Shown here: positions 39,551 through 52,324 of the stretch, piece after piece
Numbering within the stretch: position 1 is the stretch's first letter
Layout of the letters: every line of letters begins with the position of its first letter
Assembly: GCF_963921235.1 (NCBI RefSeq)
Contig: NC_086097.1
Span: 173,416,001 to 173,480,000 of the forward strand
DNA: 64,000 bases
Source of the DNA: Mobula hypostoma
Lineage: Eukaryota
Direction of reading: 5' to 3'
Made by a program: the position numbers and the translations under genes
Notes under the pieces: model-generated
Seen by the model: only the letters and a program-made list of their open reading frames with translations
What the model was told of the DNA's origin: nothing
Databases searched by the model: none

Positions 39551-39834
39551 CTTCTTGTATGGATTCTTGACCTCACAATCTACCTTGTTTTGATCTTGCA
39601 TTTTTATTGTTTACTTGTACTGCACTTTCTCTGTAGCTGTAACACTTTATTCTGACTTGCTGTTGTCTTACCTCGTCCCATGACAATGCACTGTGGAATA
39701 ATTTAATCTGTATGAACAGCATATAAACCAAGCTTTTTGTTGTATCTTGGTACACGTGACAATAATTCAACAATACCTTTATCAATGATTTGGCCTGCAT
39801 AGCTCCCATGATGATGTACTTCATAGATTCAATA

Positions 39835-40810
39835 TCCTCTATCTGAAGAAATTCCTCCTCATCTCAGTTGTAAAGGGACACCCTTTATTCAGAGGCTGTG
39901 CTCTCAAATACAAGGCTCTTTTATTAATGTGCCCTTTGCACTTCCACTCTATCCAGTATTCAGTAGGTTTCAATGAACTCCTCCTCCTTCTGAAATCCAT
40001 CAAATGTAGGACCAGAGACCTCAAGCGTGCCTTATACATTAAGACATTCGACCCTGGGATAATTCGTGTAAATTTCATCTGAACCCTCTACACAGTCAGC
40101 ACATCTTTCTTCAGATACATGGTCCAAAGTTATTCACAATATTCCAGATACAGTCTGACCAACATTTTATAAAGCCTTATCGGTACATCCTTTCTTTTAT
40201 GGTCTAGTCCTCTCAAAATGAATGCTAACATCAAGTTTTCTTTCTTTACTACAGACTCAACCTGCAAGTTAATCTTAAGGGAATACCTCTGTGAAGGAAC
40301 AGAGGGTCATGAACCCACATCCATAGATCCCTCAAAGTTGCCATACAAGTTGATAGGAAGATTAAGAAGGGGTATGGTGTGTTGAGATCTAACAGGGTGC
40401 TGCCTGTATTAGAAAGTATATCTTATGAGGATAGGTTGAACAAGCTCAGCTTGTGCTCTTTGGAGAGAAGGAGGATATGAGGCCACTTGATAGAGTCGTA
40501 CAAGATGGTAAGAGGCACAGATTGTTCCCAAGGCAGAATTGGCTAATACACAAGGACATAATTTTAAGGTGATTGGTCTAAACTATAGAGGGGATGTCAG
40601 AGGTAGGTTTTTTACAGAGAGTGGTTCGTGTATGGAACGCGGAACGCACAGTCAGGGTGATGGTAGAGGCAGATGCATGAGGGACACAAGAGACTCTTAG
40701 ATTGGTACATGGATGACAGAAAAATAGAAGGCTGAGTGGGAGGAAGGGTTAGATTAACTTCTGAGTAGGTTAAAAGTTCACCACAAAAGGGCATGTACTG
40801 TGCTGTCATT
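39835..40810. mobile_element. Two adjacent CR1 fragments in opposite orientation (39835-40285 minus, 40290-40810 plus)
   Basis: Both match CR1 3' regions seen elsewhere in the window. Confidence 0.65.
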
Positions 40811-40974
40811 TTCAATGTAAATTAAATAATAGTGAAAGTTTAACAAAGTTTCAAGCAGTCAAATTATATTGATTTGTACAAAGAACTTATTAATGGATTT
40901 AGTGTTTCATTTTATTATGTTTATTTTTTTCTTTATTATTTTTTACTCTAATTTTCAAAGTAATTGTTAACTTT

Positions 40975-41845
40975 TGTGACAAGAATACACATAGATGTTA
41001 GCTGTCCTGTGTGATCAGCAGTTGGTCTGCCACCTGTCTTCGGGAGAGAGAGAGATAAGGAAGACAATGCACAGGCGATTTGGAGATGTGTAATGAAGGG
41101 ACGGGAGAGAGAGCTGTCTAGAGCGGCTCCCCCTTTGAATCTTGAACTGTTTGAAGTGATGGACAGGTGATACCCCAGCAGGGGGATAAAAAGGGACAGG
41201 TTCGCTAAGGCAGGACACACACGACACCACGAGGTAACGAGACCCTGGAAGCGGTGCCCCCCCCCCCCGCAAGTCGGCAGGAGTCATTTTGGAAGGCTGG
41301 TTGCGGAACCAAGCCATAGACGCACAGGGTGGAAAGGTACGATCAGCAGGAACCCGGTGTGTGTCCACCCTTGCTTGGGTGCCAGGTTCACTGCAGAGGA
41401 TCGACCGCATCTGGAGGAGGGGTCACAGTCGGTGACCTCAGGTGACATCACAAAGGACTTGCCCGAAAGCTGCTTCTGAGCAATATCGCAGGTCTGTGTG
41501 TGGAAGCCGTTTTGAATGATCATTCGTTCTTGTTCTCTCTCTCCTTCCCCCCACATTGTCCATCGCCATGGCAACGATTACTGCGAACTGAACTAAATTG
41601 AACTGGACTTTGTGTCACTTTGAAATTGGTCATTTACCCCTAGACAACGATAGAGCTTGATTGATCTTGTTATCTTAATTCTGTGCACATGTGTGTTTAT
41701 CATTGCTGAACTGTTGCATTTATTATCCTTTCGATTACTGTGTTGCTTGTTTCTTTAATAAAACTTTCTTAGATCTAGTAATCCAGACTCCAACTGAGTG
41801 ATCCATTTCTGCTGGTTTGGCAACCCAGTTACGGGGTACGTAACA
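40975..41845 (+). mobile_element. Solo LTR (871 bp), probably Gypsy
   Basis: TGTGAC...GTAACA termini, perfect 4-bp TSD CTTT (40971-74 and 41846-49), AATAAA near 41757, CpG-rich interior. Confidence 0.9.
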
Positions 41846-41874
41846 CTTTACAACTTCAGTCTGTACCCTATCAC

Positions 41875-42215
41875 ATTATGCCTGAATGCTTCAAACCACA
41901 GTGAGAAAAAGTTCTGAATTCTTACCGCTTATTTCTTGCCAACTATCAGCCACGAAAATTGCTGCTTTTTGAATACAAACCTTCACAACTGATGCTATTT
42001 AAAACCTGTTTGCTTGAAGCACAGTGTTGTGTCTAATGGCTATGCAAGTGCGAGCAACTCACATTAATTACAAGGTTCAGGAACAGTCCCCTGCTCCAAT
42101 TAATCAGCAGGGTGTCCAAAATAAACAAAGGGAATCTCAGCTTTTTTCTCGATTAGTTTTTGTTCTTTAAGAGTTGTCCCAAATAAGTGGGTGCCCCAAT
42201 TAACCAATGGCCCAT
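41875..42215 (-). mobile_element. pogo/Tigger-like MITE fragment, same family as 5032-5430
   Basis: Reverse-complement similarity to 5032-5400. Confidence 0.6.
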
Positions 42216-42357
42216 ACCAAACTCACCTACTGATGGTCACATCCCAGATGCCACCTGACCTGTTATTTCCAGCATTTTCAACTTTTATTTGAGATTTTCA
42301 GCATCTAAGCTTTTTTGTGGGTTTTCACACATTAAAAGCTTCATACTTTCAAAGTGA

Positions 42358-42525
42358 CAAATAAGAGAAAATCTGCAGATGCTGGAAATCCAAGCAACAC
42401 ACACAAAATGCTGGAGGAGTTCAGCAGGTCAGGCAGCATCTATGGAAAAAAAGTGCAGTCGATATTTTAGAGTGAGACCCTTCATCAGGACTGGAGAAAA
42501 AACGATGAGGAGTCAGAGTAATAAG
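42358..42525 (-). mobile_element. Isolated PLE tail with decayed hammerhead (42456-42494)
   Basis: aagagaaaatctgcagatgctggaaatccaagcaacacacacaaaatgctgg...cccttcatcaggactgg. Confidence 0.8.
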
Positions 42526-44117
42526 GAGTTACTCAGGATAACCAGTCTAATATCCATAATAGCATTAATAAGCTGAATAGTGAAATTATGTTGGAAAATT
42601 AAGAAAATAATTTTCATTCCATTTTTTACATTATAAGGCTTTTACTGATACCAAGGGCTTTTACTGATACTCTCAAGCCTTTTTGTTATTCTGAAAAAAA
42701 CTAAGTAAGTGGCTTTCAATTAATTTTATGGTACAAGCCTATAATTTTTAAATATGAGAACCTATTCTGTAAGATGCCATTGATAAATTAGTGAATACTT
42801 TAGATTGATAGGAATATGCGATAGCTAAATTGGGTGGAATCCTCAGTCATTATGGTTTTGTCATTAGCTTCTACATACAACCAAATGTAATGGATTAGAT
42901 ATTGTCCATTGTCGCCAACAGTTCTGCACAAATGGCCAACATTAACCCACATAAGTGATGACAAGTTTCAGAACTCCAATGCAAACATAGAAGTCCCAGT
43001 CTTCTTGGCTGAACACTGCCAGCATTATCCCAGCTGCACTCTGTTGCTAGAGTCCAGTAGTGAAACAGGATATTATTAAGGTTCTCCAACATTTACATTA
43101 GGGATTCTGTTCTTTGAACTTGTACCAGGTTAGACCCATTAAGATTTTTAATATTATATATGCTTGACTGAGAATTTTAACTCTTTGAACACATGTAAAA
43201 GTTTTATTTTAATTGATTACTTTATTGATATAACACTTTTTATTGAACAAGTTCTTAGAAATTTCTAAATGCCAAATGCATTTAAAAACATTGAGGAGTC
43301 ACTGAGAAAGCTCGTAATTTGTTCTGTCATCATTCAAAGTTTTCAAAAAACTTCTTACACCCACTCTGATATCCAGATTATGTCACTCAAGGTCTGGTAT
43401 GATACATGAGATACCGCAGATACTGTAACTTCGACTTACTAAATGGGAAAGTGCAAACAGAGTGTGCAATAACCGTGAGGCTTAAAGCAAAATCTTGGTC
43501 ATGGCCTGTGTAAAATCTTTGTAAGTTGCAGATCTTACATTTGCAAATGAACAAACTCCATTAAGAACAAATTAGCAAAAATCAGCAATAATATTTACAG
43601 TGTATGGTTTAGTTTCCAAATGTAATCGATTAAAAATATTTTTGAAAGGCACTGTTTTCTCTCTCACACACACACACACTCTCCATTTTAGATCTGGGAT
43701 TAATTTGTACATACAGTATATATTTCCTAGTAATTAACAAAACATAAAATAGGAGCAAAAATTTCCTTTCTTGTTTCAAAATTCATTGCATTTCCTCAAA
43801 TTAAGACACTGTCTATTTCAATTTAGACATACAGAAATCTGAAATGAAATCTTGGAAGAAGCAATTTCTTAATTTGATATTTCTGTCTGTCTAAATGCCT
43901 CTTTACTTCCCAGAAAAGTAATCATCAATATTAAATAAAAAAATAAAGATGTGTAAGTGAGCATCTACCATATCAAAAATGTAACCAATGGGCTTTCATT
44001 TTCATTTACAATGCCATTTTTATGTCTAATATATTTTAAATCTAAATAAAGCCACAGAGAGGGAAGTTCATAGAAAACAAGTAGAATTACTGGATTCTTC
44101 ACACATGAACTCAATAC

Positions 44118-44227
44118 CTGTGGTCTATGTTTCACATTCCCCTTCTGAGGCTGGTGAAGAAGCCATACATAGAAGATTGGGTCCACATTGATTGCAATTC
44201 CTTGGACTGAGGCCAAAAGAACAGCCC
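44118..44227 (-). CDS. VPS13B: Internal coding exon of vacuolar protein sorting 13B (110 nt)
   Basis: Minus strand reads ...ctatcttttcttccAG|GG GCT GTT...AGA CCA CAG|GTattga. It translates (G)AVLLASVQGIAINVDPIFYVWLLHQPQKGNVKHRPQ, matching human VPS13B GAVLLCSIQGLAVNIDPILYTWLIYQPQKRTSRHMQQ as recalled. It ends in phase 0 and joins in frame to the exon at 27784. Confidence 0.93.
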
Positions 44228-44734
44228 CTGGAAGAAAAGATAGCACAGTTTATTGGAACTATTAATATTACATCAACATTAGTGTCTACTATACTGCTAA
44301 CACAAAATGATATTTTCTTGTAACATGGCAGTGATAGAACATAGAACAATAGAGCCCAGTACAGGCAACTTTGAGGGATCTATGGACTTGGAATGTAGGA
44401 TCCCTCCGTTGCTCCACACTGTGAAGAATCCTACCACTAACCTTGCACTCTGTCTTCCAGTTCCGCCTTCCAAAGTGTATTACTTCACACTTTTCCAGAT
44501 TGAACTCTATCTGCCTCTTCACAAACAAGAGAATATCTGCAGATGCTGGAAATTCGAGCAACACACACAAAATGCTGGAAGAACTCAGCAGGCCAGGCAG
44601 CCTTCGTGTCATTTGTAAACTTATTAACACACCTTCCTCATCAAAGTCATTTATAAAAATCAAAAACAGCAAGGATCACTGAACAGAACCCTGCAGATCA
44701 TCACAGACCTTCAGGCAGAATATACTCCATCTTC

Positions 44735-45150
44735 CTTCTCTGTGGATTGTCACCTTGTCGTGGTGGAGAAGCTTGTGTGGTCCTGTGATCTCGAGAGCAA
44801 TCCCCCAGTGAGCTGTGCTCCTGATAGGGTCACCCATGGCGGTAAGGTCGAGGGTGAGGTCCCTGACAAAGAACAATCCAACCAAGACCTCAATAGTGGA
44901 GCAGGTGGATGAAGTTACTTCGAACTCAGCGGCTGTGAGGCAGATGAAGGCTGCAACAAATCCATCAGCTCCAATCGTCATGGTTTCCCTGCCACTGGAA
45001 TCAGTTGGTTGATTTGTGAAGTATCGTGCGCTTCTTGGAGTGCAACATCAAGTACACGTTAAACAAATACATGCACGGGTGTCTTCACTCTGTGGGCCAC
45101 TTCTTCAGAACGAAGACCATCATCCTCAACCTCCAGGGATTGCCACGACG
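44735..45150 (+). mobile_element. 416-bp non-coding RTE-related retroelement with predicted 5' HDV-like ribozyme
   Basis: Perfect 11-bp TSD ACTCCATCTTC (44724-34 and 45151-61). RTE/Expander-like head CACCTTGTCGTGGTGGAG and a short (ACG)n tail. Confidence 0.8.
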
Positions 45151-45556
45151 ACTCCATCTTCTACCACCCTCTGTGGCCAAGCCAATTCCAAATCCATGCA
45201 GTCAAGTTTACCTAGAACCTATGCATCCTGACTTACTGAGTAAGCCTACCATGGTGAATTTTGTCAATTGTCTTACTAACATCCATATAAAGCACATCCA
45301 CTGCTCTACCTTCAACAATCTGTTTTGTCACTTCCTCAAAATAGACAATCAGGCATGTGAGGTATGACTTGCCCTCACAAAGTCACACTGACTATCCATG
45401 GTCAGACAATGCATCTCCAATAGTTTACCCACCACTGATGTAAGAGTTACTACTTTGTAATTCCCAAGATTATTCCTGTTACCTTTCTTGATCTAAGGAA
45501 TAACGTTTGCCTTCCTGCAGTCTTCTGGTTCTACTTCTGAGGTCAGTGATGATGAT

Positions 45557-46240
45557 AAGATTAGATTATGAGAACACTCAGTCCTCTTTTATTGTCATTT
45601 AGAAATGCATACATGCATTAAGAAATGATACAATGTTTCTCCAGAGTGATATCACCGAAAACAGGACAAACCAAAGACTAACACTGACAGAACCACATAA
45701 TTATAACATATAGTTACAGCAGTGCAAAGCAATACCATAATTTGATGAAGAACAAACCATGGGCACAGTAAAAAAAAGTCTCAAAGTCCCCGAGTCGATC
45801 GGCTTCCAAGTCCCCGATAGCAGTGGCAAAAGGGAGAAATTCCCTGCCATAAACCTCCAGGCACCGTCAACTTGCCGATGCCTTGGAAGCAGCCGACCAC
45901 AGCTGACACTGAGTCCATCTGTCCGAAAACTTCGAGCCTCCGACCAGCCCCTCCGATACAGCCTCCCGAGTGCCATCCTCTGCCGAACGCCTTCGACCTA
46001 GCCCCAGACGCTGAAACAAGCAAAGCCGAGGATTCGGGGCCTTCTGCTCCAGAGATTCCGGTTACCACACAGTAGCAGCGGCAGCGAACCGGGCATTTCA
46101 GAAGTTTTCCAGATGTTCCTCCGTACTCTCATGTCCATCTCCATCAAATCAGAATTGCGCACAGTCCCCTACTTAACAGATTACAGATATCATTCACTGG
46201 AGAGACCGCGTGCTGCCGTCGCGCCGCCATCTTCTCCTCC
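45557..46240 (-). mobile_element. Non-autonomous GC-rich retroelement with Rex1/Babar-type ends
   Basis: Minus strand starts GGAGGAGAAGATGGCGGCG (YY1 motif at 46224-46233) and ends AATAAAAG...ataatctaatct. CpG-rich, with no credible ORF. Confidence 0.6.
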
Positions 46241-47544
46241 TGTTCATTGCCAAAGGCGCAGAAATCTCTTCTCTTGCTTCCCACAGTAACTTAGAGTATA
46301 TACCATCCAGTCATGGGGACTTATCAATCATATTCAAAAGTTCCAACACACCCTCTTTCTTCAACTCAATTTGTTCTAGAATATTAGCCTGTAATATATG
46401 CTAATCTCACATCTGACAAAGACCCTTTCACTCTGAACAGTGAAGCAAATAATTTATTAAAGATCTCCACTATTCTCACCCCCGACTTCTGTTACATTTC
46501 CATTTTTATCCCAATCAGACCTATTCTCACTCTTGTCATCCTTACGTATATTTAGAACACCTTGGAGTTTTCCTTAATCCTACTCACCAAGACCATATGT
46601 TCCCTTCTAGCTTTCCAACTCCTTTCTCAACCTCTTTCCTGGCTACCTTATAATTCTCATAAGCCCTGTCTGATATTTGCTAGCTAAATGTTAAGAATGC
46701 TTCTTTATTGATGAAGTATTCCACCTTTCTTCTCAACCATGGTTCCTTCACCCTACCATCCTTTCCTTGCTCCCTTGATATTCTGTACTGATGTTGAAAA
46801 AAAAGACAGAATTACACAGATCTGATGAGATGTATTAGCTCAAAGTACCCTGGAATTTTCCATCTTAGAACACTGTAATGCTGTGCTGGATAAGTAGGTC
46901 AAGGGCAGAATAGCAACATCGTCACCAAAAGTAAAATTCAAGAAGAGCTAGGAAGTAGGCACCAGCCAAACCCTGATTATCAGAGACACACAAAAAAACC
47001 TGCTGTGCTGTACATAACTGGGAGTAACAGAGCTTCTCAGCAGTAAATGATTTGTGTGCTATGAATTTAAAAATCTTCAAAACAAATCACTTTTCCAGAC
47101 CGAAAACTTACAGAGCTCAAATCCCAAACATTATAAGAGGAGGATTAGGCCACTTGGCCCATCAAGTCTGCTCTGCCATTTCATCATGGCTGATCCAATT
47201 TTCCTCTCAGCCCCAATCTCCTTTCTTCTTCACGTATCCCTTCATGCCCTGATCAATCAAGAATCTATCAAACTCTGCCTTAAATATACATAAAGACTTG
47301 GCAGCCACACCTGCCTTCGGCAAAGAATTCCACAGATTCACAACTCTCTGGCTAAAGAAATTCCTCCTCATGGAAAATTTGCCCTGTATAACTCACATAT
47401 ATGCACAAACTGCCTTAATATTTACAAAATCTAAACTGACCATTTCCCCCAAATTTCCATTCAATTAACTTGCCTCATTTGCAGCTAAAACATGCATAGG
47501 TATTATTTCCTGAAATCACATCAGTGAAGAGTACTAAATAAAAA

Positions 47545-49075
47545 TATACAAGAGAGATTTTGCAGATGCTGGAAATCCAAAGGAAAACACAAAAAAATGC
47601 TGGAGGAACTCAGCAGGTCAGGCAGCACCCAAAGAAAAGAAATGAACAGTCAATGTTTCACGTCGAGATCTTCTTCAGGACTGGTAAAGAAGGAGGATGA
47701 CGCCAGAATAAAAAGTGTGTGTTGGGGGGGGTGGGGTGTGGAGGAGCATAGTTAGAAGGTGATAAGTGAAGTGTGAAGCCAGGTGGGTAGAAAAGGTAAA
47801 GGGCTGGACAGGAAGGAATCTGATACTAGAGGAATGTGGCCACCGAAAGGAAGGAGTAGGGGCACCAGGGGAGGTGATAGGCAGTTGAGAAGGGGTAAGA
47901 GACCAGTGTGGGGAATAAAAGAAGAAGGGAGGGGATGCAAATGTTTTTCTAACCAAAAGGAGAAATCGATATTCATGCCATCGGGTTGGAGGCTACCCAG
48001 ATAAGATATTGATCCTCCACCCTAATGGTGGTTCTCATCATGGCAGAAGAGAAGGCCATGGACCAACATGTCAGAACGAGAATGGGAATCGGAATTAAAA
48101 CATCTGGCCACCAGGAAGTTCTGCTTTTGGTAGATGGAGCAGAGGTGCTCGACGAAGCAATCTCCCAATTTACAACAGGTCTCACCAATGCAGAGGAGGC
48201 TGCAGCAGGAGCACTGGACACAATAGATTCACTGCTGAAGTGTTACCTCACCTGGAAGGATTATTTGGGGCCCTGAACAGAGGTGAGGGAGGAGGTGAGT
48301 GGGCAGACCTAGCACTTTGGCCACTTGCAAGGATAAGTGCCAGGAGGGAGATTAGTGGGGAGGGATGAACGGACTAGGGAATCACAAAGGGAGCAATCTT
48401 TGTGGAAAATGGAAAGAGAGGGAAGGTAAAGATGTGCTTGGGGTAGGATCCCTTTGGAGATGACAGAGGTTGCAGAGAATGATGTATTGGATGCAGAGGT
48501 TCATGGGGTGGCAGGTAAGGACAAGAAGAACTCTATAACTGTAAGGTGGCAGGAAGATGGGGTGAGTGTGGATATTCAGGAAATGGAGGACATGAGGATA
48601 GCAAGAATGGTGGAAGAAGGGAAACCCCATTTTTTGAAGAAGGATGACATCTCTGATGTCTTGGAAAGGAAAACCTGGCAACAGATTCAGTGGAGACAAA
48701 GGAACTGAGAAAAGAGAATAGCACTTCCACAGGAGATAGGGTGGCAAGAGGTACAGTCAAGATAGCTGAGGGAATTGGTAGGTTTCTTAAAGATGTTGGT
48801 CAACAGTTTGGAGATAGAGAGATAATGAAAGGGGAGGGAGATGTCAGAAATGGACTAAGTGAATTTAAGGGTAGGGTGGAAATTGGAGGCAAAGTTGATG
48901 AAATTGACAAGCTGAGCATGGGTACATGAAGCAACACCAATGCTGTTGTCAATATAATGGAGGAAGAGTTGGAGGGCATTACTGGGGAAGGCTTGGAATA
49001 TGGACTGTTCTATGTAGCCAATGAAAAGGCAGGTGTAGCTGGGGCCCATGGCTACCCCTTGAGTCTGGAGAAAGT
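47545..49075 (-). mobile_element. Penelope-like element, heavily degraded
   Basis: ORF 48855-49145 has FLQTQGVAMGPSYTC..FLHYIDNSIG; GIY-YIG remnants; hammerhead remnant at 47647-47684. Confidence 0.85.
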
Positions 49076-49377
49076 CTGAAAAAAAATCACCGCAGGAACA
49101 GACCAAGGCTTGGAGAGGTTTTTTTTGCAGAAAAAGTTTCCACATTGTGATCTGTCTAGTTTTCTACATTTAAGTGAAGGAATATAGTTTTGATTTGGCA
49201 ACTTCTCCAAGTCCTGATTGACTTTTGAAAATTTCTGCTGATTTGCATGCATTTTAACATTTAGTATTGAATCTGGCTGAAAATTTGAGCACATTTTGAC
49301 ATTGGGAGAACAGAAGTATGATGTGTACAACTTGGAGCTGTATAGCACAGGAGCAGGCCCCTCGGCCCACCACGTTA

Positions 49378-51165
49378 ACCATATAACAATTACATCACGG
49401 AAACAGGCCATCTCGGCCCTTCTAGTCCATGCCGAACTCTTACTCTCACCTAATCCCACCGACCTGTACTCAGCCCATAACCCTCCATTCCTTTCCTGTC
49501 CATATATCTATCCAATTTAACTTTAAATGACAACATCGAACCTGCCTCAACCACTTCTGCTGGAAGCTCGATCCACACAGCTACCACTCTCTGAGTAAAG
49601 AAGTTCCCGCTCATGTTACCCCTAAACATTTGCCCTTTAACTCTCAACTCATGTCCTCTTGTTTGAATCTCCCCCACTCTCAATGGAAAAAGCCTATCCA
49701 TGTCAACTCTATCTATCCCCCTCATAATTTTAAACACCTCTATCAAGTCCCCCTTCAACCTTCTACCTAAAGACCTAACTTGTTCAACCTTTCTCTGTAA
49801 CTTAGGAGATGAAACCCAGGCAAAATCCTAGTAAATCTCCTCTGTACTCTCTCAATTTTTTTGACATCTTTCCTATAATTCGGTGACCAGAACTGTACAC
49901 AATACTCCAAATTTGGCCTTACCAATGCCTTATACAATTTCAACATTATATCCCAACTCCTATACTCAATGCTGTGATTTATAAAGGCCAGCATACCAAA
50001 AGCTTTCTTCACCACCCTATCCACATGAGATTCCACCTTCAGGGAACTATGCACCATTATTCCTAGATCCTTCTGTTCTACTGCATTCTTCAATGCCCTA
50101 CCATTTACCATGTATGTTCTATTTTGATTAGTCCTACCAAAATGTAGCACCTCACATTTATCAGCATTAAACTCCATCTGCCATCTTTCAGCCCACTCTT
50201 CTAACTGGCCTAAATCCCTCTGCAAGCTTTGAAAACCTACTTCATTATCCACAACTCCACCTATCTTAGTATCATCTGCATACTTACTAATCCAATTTAC
50301 TACCCCATCATCCAGATCATTAATATATATGACAAACAACATTGGACCCAGTACAGATCCCTGAGGCACACCACTAGACACCGTCCTCCAATCTGACACA
50401 CAGTTATCCACCACTACTCTGTGGCGTCTCCCATCCAGCCACTGCTGAATCTGTTTTATTACTTCGATATTAATACCTAACAATTGAACCTTCCTAACTA
50501 ACCTTCCGTGTGGAACCTTGTCAAAGGTCTTACTGAAGTCCATATAGACAACATCCACCGCTTTACCCTCGTCAACTTTCCTAGTAACCTCTTCAAAAAA
50601 TTCAATAAGATTTGTCAAACATGACCTTCCATGCACAAATCCATGTTGACTGTTCCTAATAAAACCCTGTCTATCCAGATAATTATACATACCATCTCTA
50701 AGAATACTTTCCATCAATTTACCCACCACTGATGTCAAACTCACAGGCTGATAATTGCTAGGTTTACTCTTAGAACCCTTCTTAAACAATGGAACAACGT
50801 GAGCAATACGCCAATCCTCCAGCACCATCCCTGTTTTTAATGACATTTGAAATATTTCTGTCAGAGCCCCTGCTATTTCCACACTAACTTCCCTCAAGGT
50901 CCTAGAGAATATCCTGTCCGGACCCGGAGACTCATCCACTTTTATATTCCTTAAAAATGCCAGTACTTCCTCTTCTTTAATCATCATACTTTCCAAAACT
51001 ACCCTTCTTGTTTCCCTTACCTTACACAATTCAATATCCTTCTCCTTAGTGAATAGCAAAGAAAAAAAATTGTTCAAAATCTCCCCCATCTCTTTTGCCT
51101 CTGCACATAGCCATCTACTCTAATTCTCTAAGGGACCAATTTTATCCCTCACTACCCTTTTGTTA
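49378..51165 (-). mobile_element. Young 5'-truncated CR1 LINE with a 440-codon open RT frame (49767-51089)
   Basis: Motifs NYQPVSLTSVVGK, SQHGF, DVVYMDFSKTFDKVPH, SGVPQGSVLGP and KYADDTK. The frame continues in 49450-49758 after a small deletion. Inserted into an older CR1 tail. Confidence 0.93.
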
Positions 51166-51479
51166 TTAATATCTTTTTGCTATTAACCATGACACTAACC
51201 ATGATGCCAATTTAACTAATTTCATATGCCTAAACGAGGTCTATATCCCACTATCCTGTCTGCACACGCATCTGTCTAAACACCTCTTAAACATTGCTAA
51301 ATATCTTCATTTACATTTCCTCTGTCAGCGCATTCTGGGCATCTACCAATCTACTTCTATACATTCTTATTGTAACTTATGGTCATTTTAATGTACTGTA
51401 TCGCACTGTACTGCTCCTGCAAAACAGCAAATTTCACAAGTCAATGATAATAAATCGGATACTCATGTAAAACACTTGT

Positions 51480-52075
51480 CTCAATGATATCCCATATCAC
51501 TTAATCTTCTGCACCAGCCTCCCATGACAGACCTTGTCAAATGCTTTAGCAAATTCCACAAAAGCAACATCTACTGTCATACTCTCATCAATCATCAAAT
51601 TTGTGAGACATGACCTCCACTGCAAAAAACTATTCTGAATATGAATTCCATGTTTTTTTCACAAATGTGAGTGAATCCTACCCCAAATAAGCATCTCTAA
51701 TAATTTTCCCATCACTGAGGAGAGGCTCACTGTCATAAAATTGCTGCATTACCCGTGGTGTCATTCGAAAATAACAAGCAACACTGGCTATCCCCCAGTC
51801 TTCTGTGATTTCACCTCTGGCTAAAGAAATAGACCACAAGCCCTTAAGACCATAAGACATGGGAGTAGAATTAGGTCGTTTGCCCAATAAGTCGGCTCTG
51901 CCATTCCATCATGGTTGATTTATTTTCCATCTCACCACCATTATCCTGCCTTCTCCCTATAACCTTTGACACCCTAATCAAAAACCTATCAACTTCCAAT
52001 TTAAATATGCTAAATGACATAACCTCCACACCATGCGTAGCAATGAATTCCACAGATACCCCACCCTCTGACTGA
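51480..52075 (-). mobile_element. CR1 fragments (RT piece and a separate 3' tail)
   Basis: Similar to 50500-50830 and to tails such as 29130-29400. Confidence 0.6.
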
Positions 52076-52324
52076 GAAAGGTAAGCCTTGCAGAATCACA
52101 GAGAGCTTGGACTGGTATTCAAAGGATAGTGTCTGGCTTGCAACTTAGAGCAGAGATAAAATGTGCTAGATATCTGATGGATGAAATGGAGACCAAATTA
52201 CATCAGTTGACATAATTTAATAGTGTGTACTTCTTTTGATCAATGTTTCAAAGTTCCTTATGTTTTCTATTTTCACAGACGGTATAACCAATACAACAGT
52301 GTAAAAAAGTTACGTTAAATAAAA

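Larger units (their letters stand above)
44335..46760 (-). mobile_element. Degraded CR1 hosting three nested insertions (PLE tail about 44520-44600, RTE-SINE 44735-45150, Rex1-type element 45557-46240)
   Basis: ORF 44289-44672 has FLIFINDFDE and FNLEKCEVIHFGR. CR1 sequence resumes on both sides of each insert. It begins about 110 bp from the VPS13B acceptor. Confidence 0.75.

Noticed and set aside
45701..46075. Cluster of GC-rich ORFs on both strands
   Set aside because: They lie within the non-coding 45557-46240 element and have no domain similarity.
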